The notes: generated by a model not told the origin, from the sequence alone. A stretch of 64,000 nucleotides of DNA from an uncultured Candidatus Saccharibacteria bacterium (GCA_964525295.1 CAZGEO010000001.1:9671-73670), one strand, 5' to 3'; counted from the first letter of the stretch, positions 9,151 to 19,182 are shown. Numbers and translations: made by a program.

Positions 9151-9548
9151 GAAGATTCACGACGCCAGACAATAATGACCAGACACCTTCACGCAAAGAG
9201 TTAGGCGAACCGCTTGATATAGTGATTGAACCAGAAAATTTCACTGCATCAATAACAGAACTCGTCCTACAAAATATGAAAAAAGAAGTAAAACAAGATC
9301 AAGAACTGCCAGATTTTAAAATTGACTACATTACTGCAGTAACTGAAGCGTATGAAAATTCTCCGGAAGTGTTACTAAATTTCGACATTTTTGTACCAAC
9401 AGCAAATTTGAGGCAACCTGCTCTTTGTTGGGGGAATGTATTTTCACATGAAGTTCATGATCTAGAACTCGAAGGTGAAGCATATACGGTCCCCGATACA
9501 CTCGACAACCTCATCCGGAATATCGCACGATCTGCAAATCGCAAATAA
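9138..9548 (+). CDS. Hypothetical protein
   Basis: 136-aa ORF overlapping the stop of the S51 peptidase gene. No recognisable motifs. Confidence 0.35.
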   Translation: MFIMRRFTTPDNNDQTPSRKELGEPLDIVIEPENFTASITELVLQNMKKEVKQDQELPDFKIDYITAVTEAYENSPEVLLNFDIFVPTANLRQPALCWGNVFSHEVHDLELEGEAYTVPDTLDNLIRNIARSANRK

Positions 9549-9634
9549 TTACTCAAAAAGATTCGTGACCATCTTCTTACTGTGAGACAACAAAAAATAT
9601 AGTATTAACGACTACAATCAGATATACTGTATGC

Positions 9635-11296
9635 ATGGAAGTAGACATTCTTTTAAAGGAAACACTTGGCCTTTCTGATTTTCAAATACTCGTCTATACG
9701 ACATTATTAGAAAGACAATCAACAGCTGGGCAACTAATAAAGAGATTAAATATTAATCGTGCCACTTTGTATCGAGTACTTGATGAGTTGGTAGAGTTGA
9801 ATCTTCTCATAAAAAAGCAAAGTGGCACCAGAATGATTTTTGAAGCAATGCACCCAGATGCGCTACTCGAAATGTTCAAGAGAAAACGCATTGCATTTGA
9901 AGAGAAATCTTTTGCACTTGAAAGGGTCGTGCATGAATTGATAAACAAAGCAAAAACTCAGCCTACTGATGCCTCTATCAGCATTGAAAAGGGTGTTATG
10001 GCACATTATCGCTCAATGAAATTGCAACTAACCTGCAAAGAAAAGATTATTCGTCAGAAGATAAGTAATGACAGTTCAATTTATTCTTATAAGAACTATC
10101 CAGAAACTGGAGATTACTTGAAATTCATGCATAAATACATGGCAGAGTGCGTTAGACTTGGTATTCACACGCATATCCTTGTTTCACTGAAGATTCCCGC
10201 AAGTATCAGTTCTTATAACGTCACCGATCCGACCTACAACCATATCTCAAAAGCTTTGCCAGAAGAAATATTTCCCAATATTAGTTTCAGAATATTCGAT
10301 GAGTACGTAATTTTCAGTATCAGAGATAAAAATCCAGAAGATAATACAATCATAACGATTCGTAACAGAACTACGGCTGATTTTTTGAAGTCGATGTTTG
10401 ATTTTATTTTTGACAGATCAATCTTGATTTACAAAGAAAAACCCATTGAAACGATAAAAACGAAGGAGCATGAAGTACTTTCAAAGATTGGCATGGGCAC
10501 AGCAGGCGTAGGTGGGTTTTGGAATGCAAGGCACCCTTTTAGTAATGATATTAGTGACCTTGATCAAATGCGTTTTTCACTGAGCAAAGGTATCAATTAT
10601 ATTGATAACTGCCTTATGTACGCCGAAGGCCACGCTACAGAACTTGTTGGTAGGGCAATCAAGAATTTTCCCAGAAAATCTCTCTTTATCAATGGCAAAT
10701 TAACCAGAGTAGGCGGCAAACTGGTTTCGAATGCGAAAGAGATTGAAACACAGTGTAATCAGTATTTAAAAAGCCTCGGAACAGATTATCTCGACGTCAT
10801 GCAGATTCACAGTCCAGGGTCACTCGCAATACCAGAAGAAGAAGTCGTGCAAAAATTCGAAGATCTCATCAGCGCAGGTAAAATACGTTATTGGGGCGTC
10901 AGCAACTATAATAAATCGCAATTAGTAAAAATTCAAAACTACACTAAGTATCCAATTTTCTGCAATGAAGTTCCGTTTGGCGTTTACGCAAGAGAATACG
11001 AAAAAGACGGGACTCTTGATTACATGAGAGCGCAAAATATTCTTACAATCTCATATTTCAGTATACTCAAAGGTGTATTAGGAATTAATCAATTTCTTGA
11101 TACAGAACACCCATTGGTAAGAATTGCAACTAAATACCGAAAAACACCCGCTCAAGTTGCAATAAATTGGGTTCTTTCACATCCATTTACTATTGCCATA
11201 ATTAAGGCAACGAACGGGACGCACATAAATGAAAATATCGGAGCACTTGGGTGGGAATTGGAGAAAGAAGATTTAGAAATGATTACTGGACTTTGA
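9635..11296 (+). CDS. Fusion protein: TrmB-like wHTH transcriptional regulator domain plus aldo/keto reductase domain
   Basis: The N-terminus DFQILVYTTLLERQSTAGQLIKRLNINRATLYRVLDELVELNLL is TrmB-type. The C-terminal ~270 aa carry the AKR catalytic tetrad context IDNCLMYAEG, INGK, MQIHSP and YWGVSNY. Confidence 0.7.
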   Translation: MEVDILLKETLGLSDFQILVYTTLLERQSTAGQLIKRLNINRATLYRVLDELVELNLLIKKQSGTRMIFEAMHPDALLEMFKRKRIAFEEKSFALERVVHELINKAKTQPTDASISIEKGVMAHYRSMKLQLTCKEKIIRQKISNDSSIYSYKNYPETGDYLKFMHKYMAECVRLGIHTHILVSLKIPASISSYNVTDPTYNHISKALPEEIFPNISFRIFDEYVIFSIRDKNPEDNTIITIRNRTTADFLKSMFDFIFDRSILIYKEKPIETIKTKEHEVLSKIGMGTAGVGGFWNARHPFSNDISDLDQMRFSLSKGINYIDNCLMYAEGHATELVGRAIKNFPRKSLFINGKLTRVGGKLVSNAKEIETQCNQYLKSLGTDYLDVMQIHSPGSLAIPEEEVVQKFEDLISAGKIRYWGVSNYNKSQLVKIQNYTKYPIFCNEVPFGVYAREYEKDGTLDYMRAQNILTISYFSILKGVLGINQFLDTEHPLVRIATKYRKTPAQVAINWVLSHPFTIAIIKATNGTHINENIGALGWELEKEDLEMITGL

Positions 11297-11307
11297 TTAT
11301 TAACGTA

Positions 11308-12087
11308 TTAATCTTGCCTTAGACCGATTTCGTTTTTATTACAAACAACGACATTAGGATTAACAAATAGCAAAATTGGAACATCCAACCTATTGCTATG
11401 CGCAAATGTATAACTGGCAGTGCTATTATATCTTGTCTCCAATGTTCTTAAGTCCTCAACACTTATTGCCTTACTAAAACTAGGAAGTGAAAATGGTGGT
11501 CTGCCACCATATTTATGATACCAAGAGAAAGGTTCCTCAGAATTTAGTGCACTAACTACAATTACCGGAATTTTTTTATTAAATTTTTTTATTTCAACAT
11601 GAAAAGAGATATTACCGTCTAACTGATCTTCCAAAGTTGGCAAAGAAATTTTAATGTTCTTGTTATTTGCTAAGCCCGCGATAATACCTGCGAGTAAACG
11701 ATAACGTGGCAGCTTTCCTGAAAATGGACGGTCGCTCCACTCTTCATGCAAAAACTTAAACCTAATCAATGAATTAAGCGTTGTACGTGTTGTACCTGAC
11801 ACGAGTAGTAATCTTACTAAATCTTGCTCCATCTCTGTAAACTTTTTTTGCAAATGACGGAGCTTTGCTTCCAAATTTCCAATGGAATTGGCAGATTTAA
11901 TCCTCATTTTGAAATTTGAAATATCACTATACGACTTTTGCATTCGTTCAATGAAAGTGAAAGTTCCACCGAAATTTCCATTGATTCTATTCTCAATGGC
12001 AGATGTCTTTGCATCAATAATTCGACGTTCTGAAACATATGAACGTATCTGAGCATTTTGCTTTGCAGTATCACGTATATCTGCCAT
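11308..12087 (-). CDS. Hypothetical protein
   Basis: 259-aa ORF with no recognisable motifs. Confidence 0.4.
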   Translation of the reverse strand: MADIRDTAKQNAQIRSYVSERRIIDAKTSAIENRINGNFGGTFTFIERMQKSYSDISNFKMRIKSANSIGNLEAKLRHLQKKFTEMEQDLVRLLLVSGTTRTTLNSLIRFKFLHEEWSDRPFSGKLPRYRLLAGIIAGLANNKNIKISLPTLEDQLDGNISFHVEIKKFNKKIPVIVVSALNSEEPFSWYHKYGGRPPFSLPSFSKAISVEDLRTLETRYNSTASYTFAHSNRLDVPILLFVNPNVVVCNKNEIGLRQD

Positions 12088-12135
12088 ATCCCATATTATA
12101 TCAACAATCTCTCAAAATTTTTAGTATACTTCAGT

Positions 12136-12657
12136 ATGAAAGTCATTTTATACAATGCAATATCAATTGACGGCTTTATTGCCACACCTGACGGAAATTC
12201 CGACTGGGTTTCAGAAAACGATTTACCACACTTTAAATCTGAAATTGAAAAGGCAGGCGCAATCATAGTTGGTCGAACAAGTTATGAACAATTTAAAGGC
12301 GACCTATTCCCCATTACTGGCGTTCTCAATGTTGTTATGACTCACGATAAAGGCTTTGCAGCAACAGAGTCAGCTGGCGATACACTCGTAACAACGCTAG
12401 ATCCACATGGCATATTATCAATGCTTGAAGCAAAGGGGTTTACTTCAGTTGTTATCGTTGGTGGTGGCAAAGTCAGTGCTTCTTTTCTGGCAGCAAATTT
12501 GATTGACGAGATAATTGTTGACATTCATCCACTAGTTATCGGAAAAGGAATAAAAATTTTCGAATCAGACAAGCCTTTATTAATGAATTTCACTCTAGAA
12601 GGTGTCGAAACCATTTCTGAAGGGCTCATAAAGTTACGTTATTTGCGAGCGTCTTGA
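12136..12657 (+). CDS. Dihydrofolate reductase-like protein (RibD C-terminal domain family)
   Basis: MKVILYNAISIDGFIATPDGNSDW is typical of RibD_C/YwjB-like reductases. The start was moved to the internal ATG at 12136. Confidence 0.7.
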   Translation: MKVILYNAISIDGFIATPDGNSDWVSENDLPHFKSEIEKAGAIIVGRTSYEQFKGDLFPITGVLNVVMTHDKGFAATESAGDTLVTTLDPHGILSMLEAKGFTSVVIVGGGKVSASFLAANLIDEIIVDIHPLVIGKGIKIFESDKPLLMNFTLEGVETISEGLIKLRYLRAS

Positions 12658-13361
12658 TTTCCTACGAGCCCTAGTTTACCGTTGTCCCTTGCAATCAAGC
12701 TGAACGGGACACCAATAAATATTGGTGAATCCCAACCACATTTCTCACTTTGTTCTTGTGCAATTCGGTATTTATCTAGGTACTTTTGCTCAAGTGTCAA
12801 TGCTTTATATGGTGAAGCAGGGTAGTTCAATATTTTTTGATCACCTGGAAATACAAAATACCCTTCTTGCACAGATTTATGAAACAATATTGGAATTACT
12901 TGATCGTCTTTAACCAAAAGAAAGCTAATTTTTCTTTCCCGCCTTGTACAAATATTTGGTAGTTTGACCGAAAAACCCGGGTTCATTTGCAGTAAAGCTA
13001 CAATAGTTGCTGCTTCTAATAAGAGTTTTGCACCTAATCCATTCAATCGCGAGAAATATTGTTTGACCTCGCAGGAGAATTTCATTCTGAAAACTTCGTT
13101 TTGTAATAGAGTTTGCAAAAGAGCGATTTCATGTTTTGCAATTTTCTCGCCCAAACGTTTCTGCTTCTGTAATATCCCTCTATCTGTTGGAGCATTGGCA
13201 AGAGCATTCTCCACATTTTGCTTGTCAAGCGATAATCGTGACAAATCCTTCAAACACTCAGATAATTCATTCGCAGGCGTTGGTTTTGGTGCATCTTTTT
13301 GTGTTTTAATTCTTGAGCTGTCGAGTGCTCCAACAATGTATGCTTCAAAATAATTACGCAT
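12639..13361 (-). CDS. Hypothetical protein
   Basis: 240-aa ORF with no recognisable motifs. Confidence 0.4.
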   Translation of the reverse strand: MRNYFEAYIVGALDSSRIKTQKDAPKPTPANELSECLKDLSRLSLDKQNVENALANAPTDRGILQKQKRLGEKIAKHEIALLQTLLQNEVFRMKFSCEVKQYFSRLNGLGAKLLLEAATIVALLQMNPGFSVKLPNICTRRERKISFLLVKDDQVIPILFHKSVQEGYFVFPGDQKILNYPASPYKALTLEQKYLDKYRIAQEQSEKCGWDSPIFIGVPFSLIARDNGKLGLVGNQDARK

Positions 13362-13468
13362 AGCCTATATTATATGATAGATACGCGTATTATGCAACTA
13401 ATACACCATATTGACTAAACAGCAGAAGAAACGTATACTTTACGTATATAACCTAACTGCCAGGTTTC

Positions 13469-14956
13469 ATGCAAGAACAATATCTCTATCTTGGTGACAC
13501 AGAAGTTTTTAATGGTCATTATTTGCTCGCCGTTTTCAAATTAGTTCCCTATGGCGACATCACAATCGAAGATGCTGCCTCAGAAGTTGCCGCTGAATCA
13601 TCAACAGGTTCCAATCTAAAAGTCGGCACACGTACCAATTACTCAATGGGTATCGATGCACGAGTCTACAAAATTGATAAAGAAAATCAACTTGCATACA
13701 TCGCGTACCCTTGGTCTATGTTTGATAGGGGAGGAAATGTACAAAATATTTTGACTTTCATTGCCGGTAACGTATTCGGCATGTCAGAATTGAAAGAATG
13801 TAAACTTCTTGATGTTTGGTTTCCATCGCAAATGCTCGATCAATACGACGGCCCAAGCGTAACACTCGATGATATGCGAGAATATCTAAACAATTATGAT
13901 CGTCCTGTATTAGGAACCATTATTAAACCAAAAATTGGCTTAACTTCAACAGAATATGCTGAAGTATGTTACGATTTCTGGGTAGGAGGTGGCGACTTTG
14001 TTAAAAATGACGAACCACAAGCTGACCAAGTTTTCTCTCCTTTTGAAAAAATGGTTGATTCCGTTCGAGAAGCAATGGATAGGGCCGAAGAAGTAACCGG
14101 CCACACGAAAATACACTCGTTTAATGTTTCGGCTGCTGATTTTGACACTATGCTTAAACGAGGTGATTACATTTCATCTGTTATGAAACCTGGAAGTTAC
14201 GCATTCCTTGTTGACGGCATTACCGCTGGCTGGAGTGCTGTACAAACAATTAGACGCCATTTTCCTCATGTATTCTTACATTACCACCGAGCTGGACACG
14301 GAGCATTTACTCGAGCCGAAAATCCAATTGGATACTCGGTACTTGTTCTCTCAAAGTTCGCGCGCTTAGCTGGCGCTTCAGGAATTCATACTGGTACAGC
14401 AGGTATCGGTAAAATGGCAGGAGACGCAAAAGATGACATTACGGCAGCGCACGCAATATTGAAGCTCAAGTCAAAAGGTCATTACTTTGATCAGGTTTGG
14501 TCTGAAATTCCAGAAAACGATTTTGATATTGTTGCTGCAATTGAAAAAGAAGCAGCATTATGGGGTAAAGGTGCCCATGGTATCGCTATGTCACGATTAC
14601 GCGGTCTAGATATGACTATGCAGCGAAAAATGTCTTGGAGAACAATAAATAAAACCGCACCAATTATTTCTGGTGGGTTGAATCCTGTACTTTTGCCAGA
14701 GTTCCTTGATACTATCGGTACAATCGACTTCATAACGACTATGGGTGGTGGTGTACACTCACATCCAAGTGGAACAAAAGCTGGAGCTACCGCTGTCTGC
14801 CAAGCATATGATGCCTGGAAACAGGAAGTAAAACTTGAAGAATATGCAAAAGAACATAAGGAACTTGATGAAGCAATCAAATTCTTCAATAAGCACGGTA
14901 CACAGGCCCACAGAGTAGACAATTCAGAAGTCTATAAGGTTGACAAGCCTGCATAA
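13469..14956 (+). CDS. rbcL: Ribulose-1,5-bisphosphate carboxylase/oxygenase large-subunit homologue (form II/III or III-like)
   Basis: Motifs KPKIGLT, GGGDFVKNDE (Lys/Asp/Glu active site), HYHRAGHGA and SGGLN...GGGVHSHP match the RuBisCO catalytic signature. No small-subunit gene is present. Confidence 0.8.
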   Translation: MQEQYLYLGDTEVFNGHYLLAVFKLVPYGDITIEDAASEVAAESSTGSNLKVGTRTNYSMGIDARVYKIDKENQLAYIAYPWSMFDRGGNVQNILTFIAGNVFGMSELKECKLLDVWFPSQMLDQYDGPSVTLDDMREYLNNYDRPVLGTIIKPKIGLTSTEYAEVCYDFWVGGGDFVKNDEPQADQVFSPFEKMVDSVREAMDRAEEVTGHTKIHSFNVSAADFDTMLKRGDYISSVMKPGSYAFLVDGITAGWSAVQTIRRHFPHVFLHYHRAGHGAFTRAENPIGYSVLVLSKFARLAGASGIHTGTAGIGKMAGDAKDDITAAHAILKLKSKGHYFDQVWSEIPENDFDIVAAIEKEAALWGKGAHGIAMSRLRGLDMTMQRKMSWRTINKTAPIISGGLNPVLLPEFLDTIGTIDFITTMGGGVHSHPSGTKAGATAVCQAYDAWKQEVKLEEYAKEHKELDEAIKFFNKHGTQAHRVDNSEVYKVDKPA

Positions 14957-15046
14957 GTATACAACTTGCCCATACAGCTATATACAGAACATAGGCTTCT
15001 GTGCTAGTATCAACTAGTACAAGTTAAGCTGAGTGATTTTATAGCA

Positions 15047-16225
15047 ATGCAGCCATTAGCATTTAGAATGCGTCCTACAAAGCTGGAAGATTTTGTTGGT
15101 CAAGCAAACATTGTCGGTGAAACTGGGCCATTACGATCAATGATTGAAGCTAATTCAATCCCAAGTATGATTTTTTGGGGGCCTCCAGGAACTGGCAAAA
15201 CAACACTTGCAGAAATAATTGCTACAACTGTTGATGCAGAATTCTATAGACTTTCAGCAGTAACTGACGGCAAGGAGGCTCTTAAAAAAGTCGTACAAAT
15301 TGCAGAAAAGAATGAACAGTATCACAAAAAAACTATTCTCTTTATTGATGAGATTCACCGCTGGAATAAAGCACAACAAGACGCACTACTTCCATACGTT
15401 GAATCTGGCAGCATTACGCTAATCGGAGCGACAACTGAGAATCCAAGTTTTACGGTTATCTCTCCACTTTTATCGCGTTCACGAGTATTTATTTTTTCGT
15501 CTCATTCAGTCGAAGACATTGCAAATCGATTACAAAAAGCAGCAAAAGAATTAGAGATTGAACTTTCTAACGATTTAGCAATTTACATCGCCAATCTTGC
15601 AAATGGTGATATGCGATTTGCAATCAATTCTCTCGAATTAGCAGTTGAATTATCCCAAAAGAAACCCTTAACAAAGGAAATTGTCGAAGCTGCAATGCAA
15701 AAATTCCTTAGGTACGATAAATCAGGTGAAGAACATTACAATATTATCTCTGCAGTTCACAAAAGTTTGAGAAGTAGTAACGCTTCTGCTGCTGTTTATT
15801 GGATTGTTCGTATGCTTGAAGCAGGCGAAGACCCCTTGTATATAGCTCGACGATTAGTTCGCTTTGCCAGCGAAGATATTGGCAATTCACAACCAAATGC
15901 TTTGCTGCTTGCCAATCTAGTATTTGATACATGCAAAAATCTTGGTATGCCAGAGTGTGGCGTAGCCCTTGTGCAACTTGCAGAGTATTTAGCAAAAGCA
16001 CCAAAAAATAATTCTGCATATGTGGCCTATACCGAAGCAGTTAAAGACGTGCAGAAATTAGGCAACTTACCAGTACCACTCCACATTAGAAATGCTCCAA
16101 CGAAATTAATGAAAGACGTTGGCTATGGCAAAGGGTATCAATATGATCACGATTTACCAGGCAAGAAATCAAATCAAGAATGTTTTCCAGACGAACTTAA
16201 AGGTCGAAATTACTTCAATGAGTAA
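15047..16225 (+). CDS. rarA: Replication-associated recombination protein A (AAA+ ATPase RarA/MgsA)
   Basis: Walker A WGPPGTGKTT, Walker B IDEIHRWNK, and a conserved RarA C-terminal domain. Confidence 0.9.
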   Translation: MQPLAFRMRPTKLEDFVGQANIVGETGPLRSMIEANSIPSMIFWGPPGTGKTTLAEIIATTVDAEFYRLSAVTDGKEALKKVVQIAEKNEQYHKKTILFIDEIHRWNKAQQDALLPYVESGSITLIGATTENPSFTVISPLLSRSRVFIFSSHSVEDIANRLQKAAKELEIELSNDLAIYIANLANGDMRFAINSLELAVELSQKKPLTKEIVEAAMQKFLRYDKSGEEHYNIISAVHKSLRSSNASAAVYWIVRMLEAGEDPLYIARRLVRFASEDIGNSQPNALLLANLVFDTCKNLGMPECGVALVQLAEYLAKAPKNNSAYVAYTEAVKDVQKLGNLPVPLHIRNAPTKLMKDVGYGKGYQYDHDLPGKKSNQECFPDELKGRNYFNE

Positions 16226-16231
16226 TTGGCG

Positions 16232-17128
16232 TTATTGCACTTCAGTTGGTGTAGCAGATGGTATCTGCGAATTTTTCAAGAAAAAATCGATTATATCGGC
16301 TGTATACTCAGTATCAATTTGAAAGTGAGTCTTACCATCAAGCGTTACCAATTCAATTGGTAATTCTTTCTTCGTGAAGTATGTTAGCAACTCTTTGCCA
16401 ACCCAATACGGAACATTTTTATCTGCCGTGCCATGCCACACTTTAAGTGGCACGTTGCGATATTTTTCAAAATCGTCTGCCTTGTATAACTCAACCTGAG
16501 TGGCTGGGGCAAGAAGCGCGATCTTCTTTATAGTTGTGTGATGTAATAAGACATGTTTCATCGCTGGCATTCCTCCCATACTAAAGCCTAAAATCACAAT
16601 CTTTTCCTCTATTGGATATTGCGTCTTTACCCAATCAATTAAGGCAATCGAATCTTGTACTGCAGCAACACTACCATAATTATCACCATGCTGATTTGAT
16701 GCCAGAAACACGAAATTCTTTTTTGTAAATTCTGAAGCCATGTAGCGAACATTTTTCATGACTTCATCAGAAAAATTGGTTGTGATGCGCTGCGAAGAGC
16801 CGTGATAGTACATCACAATAGTTGGTGGTAAAGCAGGATCAATAATACTCGGATACGCAACATATCCTTGCTGGCCACCGATTGACGGAGTCTTTTCGAA
16901 GAAACCCGAGAAACCTTCTGGAGCTGTTTCAGAATAAACAATTGGCGTTGGAGTAGGTACCGGAGTTGCGGTGGTGGCGACTGGGGTGGGGGTGGGGTTT
17001 GTTTGCACCATTTCTGGAGGAGATGATTTCTTGAAAATTACAATAAACACCGTAATGGCGACAATCATCACAATAATTCCAAAGAGAGCAAATGTTTTTC
17101 GCTTTTTCACCGCATTAAATCTATTCAT
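16232..17128 (-). CDS. Membrane-anchored alpha/beta-hydrolase (esterase/peptidase-like)
   Basis: N-terminal TM, a Pro/Thr-rich linker TPTPVATTATPVPTPTP, and the GFSMGG nucleophile elbow. The ORF-track start is at 17227. The internal start MNRF (17128) is preferred because it avoids overlap with the next gene. Confidence 0.65.
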   Translation of the reverse strand: MNRFNAVKKRKTFALFGIIVMIVAITVFIVIFKKSSPPEMVQTNPTPTPVATTATPVPTPTPIVYSETAPEGFSGFFEKTPSIGGQQGYVAYPSIIDPALPPTIVMYYHGSSQRITTNFSDEVMKNVRYMASEFTKKNFVFLASNQHGDNYGSVAAVQDSIALIDWVKTQYPIEEKIVILGFSMGGMPAMKHVLLHHTTIKKIALLAPATQVELYKADDFEKYRNVPLKVWHGTADKNVPYWVGKELLTYFTKKELPIELVTLDGKTHFQIDTEYTADIIDFFLKNSQIPSATPTEVQ

Positions 17129-17163
17129 TTCGCTCATTATAGCAAAAGTGCTAAAATGAAATA

Positions 17164-17916
17164 ATGAAGTTGATTGATATATTTTTGCAAAGGTATAAAA
17201 ATACCAGAATTTCCATAAATATCTCAATCAAAACAGCTACAAAAGTTGCTGAAAACAATAGTTATTCACTAATTCTGCAAGATATTATCAAAACAGATAA
17301 TATACCAACAGCTATACAGCTAACCAATGGCGAAAATATGGCTGCAGAATCAACCATGACGATGAAATTACCTCAAGATGCACTCATAACTGAAGCGCCT
17401 CAAGGTTTAGTGATTTCATACGAAACAGCGGAGCGCAAGATATCCATTACCTTAACTGGCACGCCAATAGCAAATACAAAAACAGAGCAGCCACATCCAG
17501 TGCACCAGAAAGATGCAGCAAATGACCTCCCAAAGATCCGTGAAGTAAAAGATTCTCATGATCAGATCAGTAAAATCACAATTCAGACTCCAGCAACTTA
17601 CCAAGACCAGTCCTTTTTCGAACAGTTGAAACAACTTATTGAATCGTTTTTGCGCGACTGGCGAACGCTTTCACTTGCCAAAAAACGTACTGGAACGGCG
17701 ACTTGGCTTCACAAGAATGTTCGATTTGATCAAATAGCAACAGTATTCATTCCAGGAGATACTTTCTTTCAAATTTCAGCCTTCGAAGGAAAGGAATTAA
17801 TTACTATTGATATTCCCACCTCAATGACAATCTCCGTGCAAAATAAGAATATTTTGTTCGATTTTGACGATATCTCGTATGAATTAGTACAAGGCGACAA
17901 GCCTACAATGCGATGA
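17164..17916 (+). CDS. Hypothetical protein
   Basis: 250-aa ORF whose stop overlaps the start of the downstream EEP gene (ATGA). Confidence 0.4.
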   Translation: MKLIDIFLQRYKNTRISINISIKTATKVAENNSYSLILQDIIKTDNIPTAIQLTNGENMAAESTMTMKLPQDALITEAPQGLVISYETAERKISITLTGTPIANTKTEQPHPVHQKDAANDLPKIREVKDSHDQISKITIQTPATYQDQSFFEQLKQLIESFLRDWRTLSLAKKRTGTATWLHKNVRFDQIATVFIPGDTFFQISAFEGKELITIDIPTSMTISVQNKNILFDFDDISYELVQGDKPTMR

Positions 17917-18965
17917 GTGTTACTTCCTTCAAAGAGTCTCGTTTTGGAGTTATGATCGAACCTATCATTTCAATCTTTCTGGTATTGTGCACAGTAGCAT
18001 ACTTTACCTTCCCCGAAAAATGGGGCGTCTTCTACTTCTTCATTAATACTCCGCCTCTTTTTGTTTTTGCACCAATTGCGATTTTCGCTGCATACGCTTT
18101 CCTCTTCAAACGTAAAATTGCGAAAATCGCACTACTCAATGCGGTCATTTTTGTCATTCTTTCAATTGCTGCGGTGAGACCGCACCTTTTAGGACCTCAA
18201 CTGTTATCGCAAGATATAAAAAGAGAACAACCTATTCAATATCGCATCTGCTCGTGGAATACCGCCTATTTCTTTGAATTCAATAGAACTGAATCTTTTA
18301 ACTACCTTGCACAAAAGAATTGTGACATCATACTATTACAAGAAGTATGGCGAAGCGATTTACTAACTATTGAGTTAGAACAATACAAGACAAGTCATTT
18401 TCCTGAACATGAACTGATTGCGAACGAAGAATTCGTCATTATTTATCCCAAAACACTAAAATTACTCAAACAATATGAATCTGAGTACAAAGGCCATTTT
18501 GCCGTAGGTTTGTCATTGCCTGGAGAAAAATCAGTTATTATTATCAATGCTCACATTTGGAATCCTATTGTTCCAAGACCGTTTTATACAGAAATTGATA
18601 CGGTAGCTTATCTTGATGGACGAAAAACACGTGAACTTGAACAAACTGAATTAATCAACTTCGTTAATTCGCGAATATCAGAAAATCAACGTATAGTATT
18701 AATGGGTGATTTCAACACAACACAAAATAATGAATTCTTTGCAAAGTTAACTGCTCCCGGCACGAGATTACAGCATACTTCGCCTCTAATTGCGATTGCA
18801 GAGCCTATTTGGTCAAAACAATCTACGTATCCAGCTTCATCGCCATTTCTCCGACTCGATTATGCATTCGTCAGCAAACCACAAGCGAATAGAGCAGAGC
18901 TTAAAAAAGAATGTCGCCCAGAGTTTGCCGATCACTGCTTGATGATTTTAGAAGTTCTGTTATAA
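17913..18965 (+). CDS. Membrane-anchored endonuclease/exonuclease/phosphatase (EEP) family protein
   Basis: Three or four N-terminal TM helices followed by an EEP domain (ILLQEVW, INAHIW, MGDFNT). Confidence 0.7.
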   Translation: MSVTSFKESRFGVMIEPIISIFLVLCTVAYFTFPEKWGVFYFFINTPPLFVFAPIAIFAAYAFLFKRKIAKIALLNAVIFVILSIAAVRPHLLGPQLLSQDIKREQPIQYRICSWNTAYFFEFNRTESFNYLAQKNCDIILLQEVWRSDLLTIELEQYKTSHFPEHELIANEEFVIIYPKTLKLLKQYESEYKGHFAVGLSLPGEKSVIIINAHIWNPIVPRPFYTEIDTVAYLDGRKTRELEQTELINFVNSRISENQRIVLMGDFNTTQNNEFFAKLTAPGTRLQHTSPLIAIAEPIWSKQSTYPASSPFLRLDYAFVSKPQANRAELKKECRPEFADHCLMILEVLL

Positions 18966-18974
18966 TTCATCTAC

Positions 18975-19047
18975 GGGCAGTTAGCTCAGCTGGTAGAGCA
19001 CGTCATTGACATTGACGTGGTCATAGGTTCGAGTCCTATACTGCCCA
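18975..19047 (+). tRNA. tRNA-Val (anticodon GAC)
   Basis: Cloverleaf by hand: acceptor GGGCAGT/ACTGCCC, D-arm GCTCAGCTGGTAGAGC, anticodon stem CGTCA/TGACG with loop TTGACAT, T-arm ATAGGTTCGAGTCCTAT, discriminator A. CCA is not encoded. Confidence 0.9.
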
Positions 19048-19048
19048 T

Positions 19049-19095
19049 GGGTGTTTGGCAATCTCGCAGAGGTTGGCAGACACCCATTTTGTTAC
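19049..19095 (+). terminator. Hairpin plus U-tract after tRNA-Val
   Basis: GGGTGT...ACACCC stem followed by ATTTTGTT. Confidence 0.4.
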
Positions 19096-19128
19096 ATAGG
19101 CGATGAACCCAATATTACGAAGTAAGAT

Positions 19129-19182
19129 TGAAGGTTCGAGTCCTATTCCGAGTTTACGAGGAATATGGAATATACTGCCCCT
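19129..19182 (+). repeat. Interrupted duplicate of the tRNA-Val 3' end (pseudo-att remnant)
   Basis: aggttcgagtcctat matches the tRNA T-arm exactly (15/15). After a ~25-bp insertion comes atatactgccc, repeating the acceptor 3' strand. A third copy tatactgccca lies at 19282-19292. Confidence 0.7.

Noticed and set aside
14491-14922. 143-aa minus-strand ORF inside the RuBisCO gene
   Set aside because: It lies antisense to a strongly conserved CDS and is Cys/Ser-rich low-complexity sequence.
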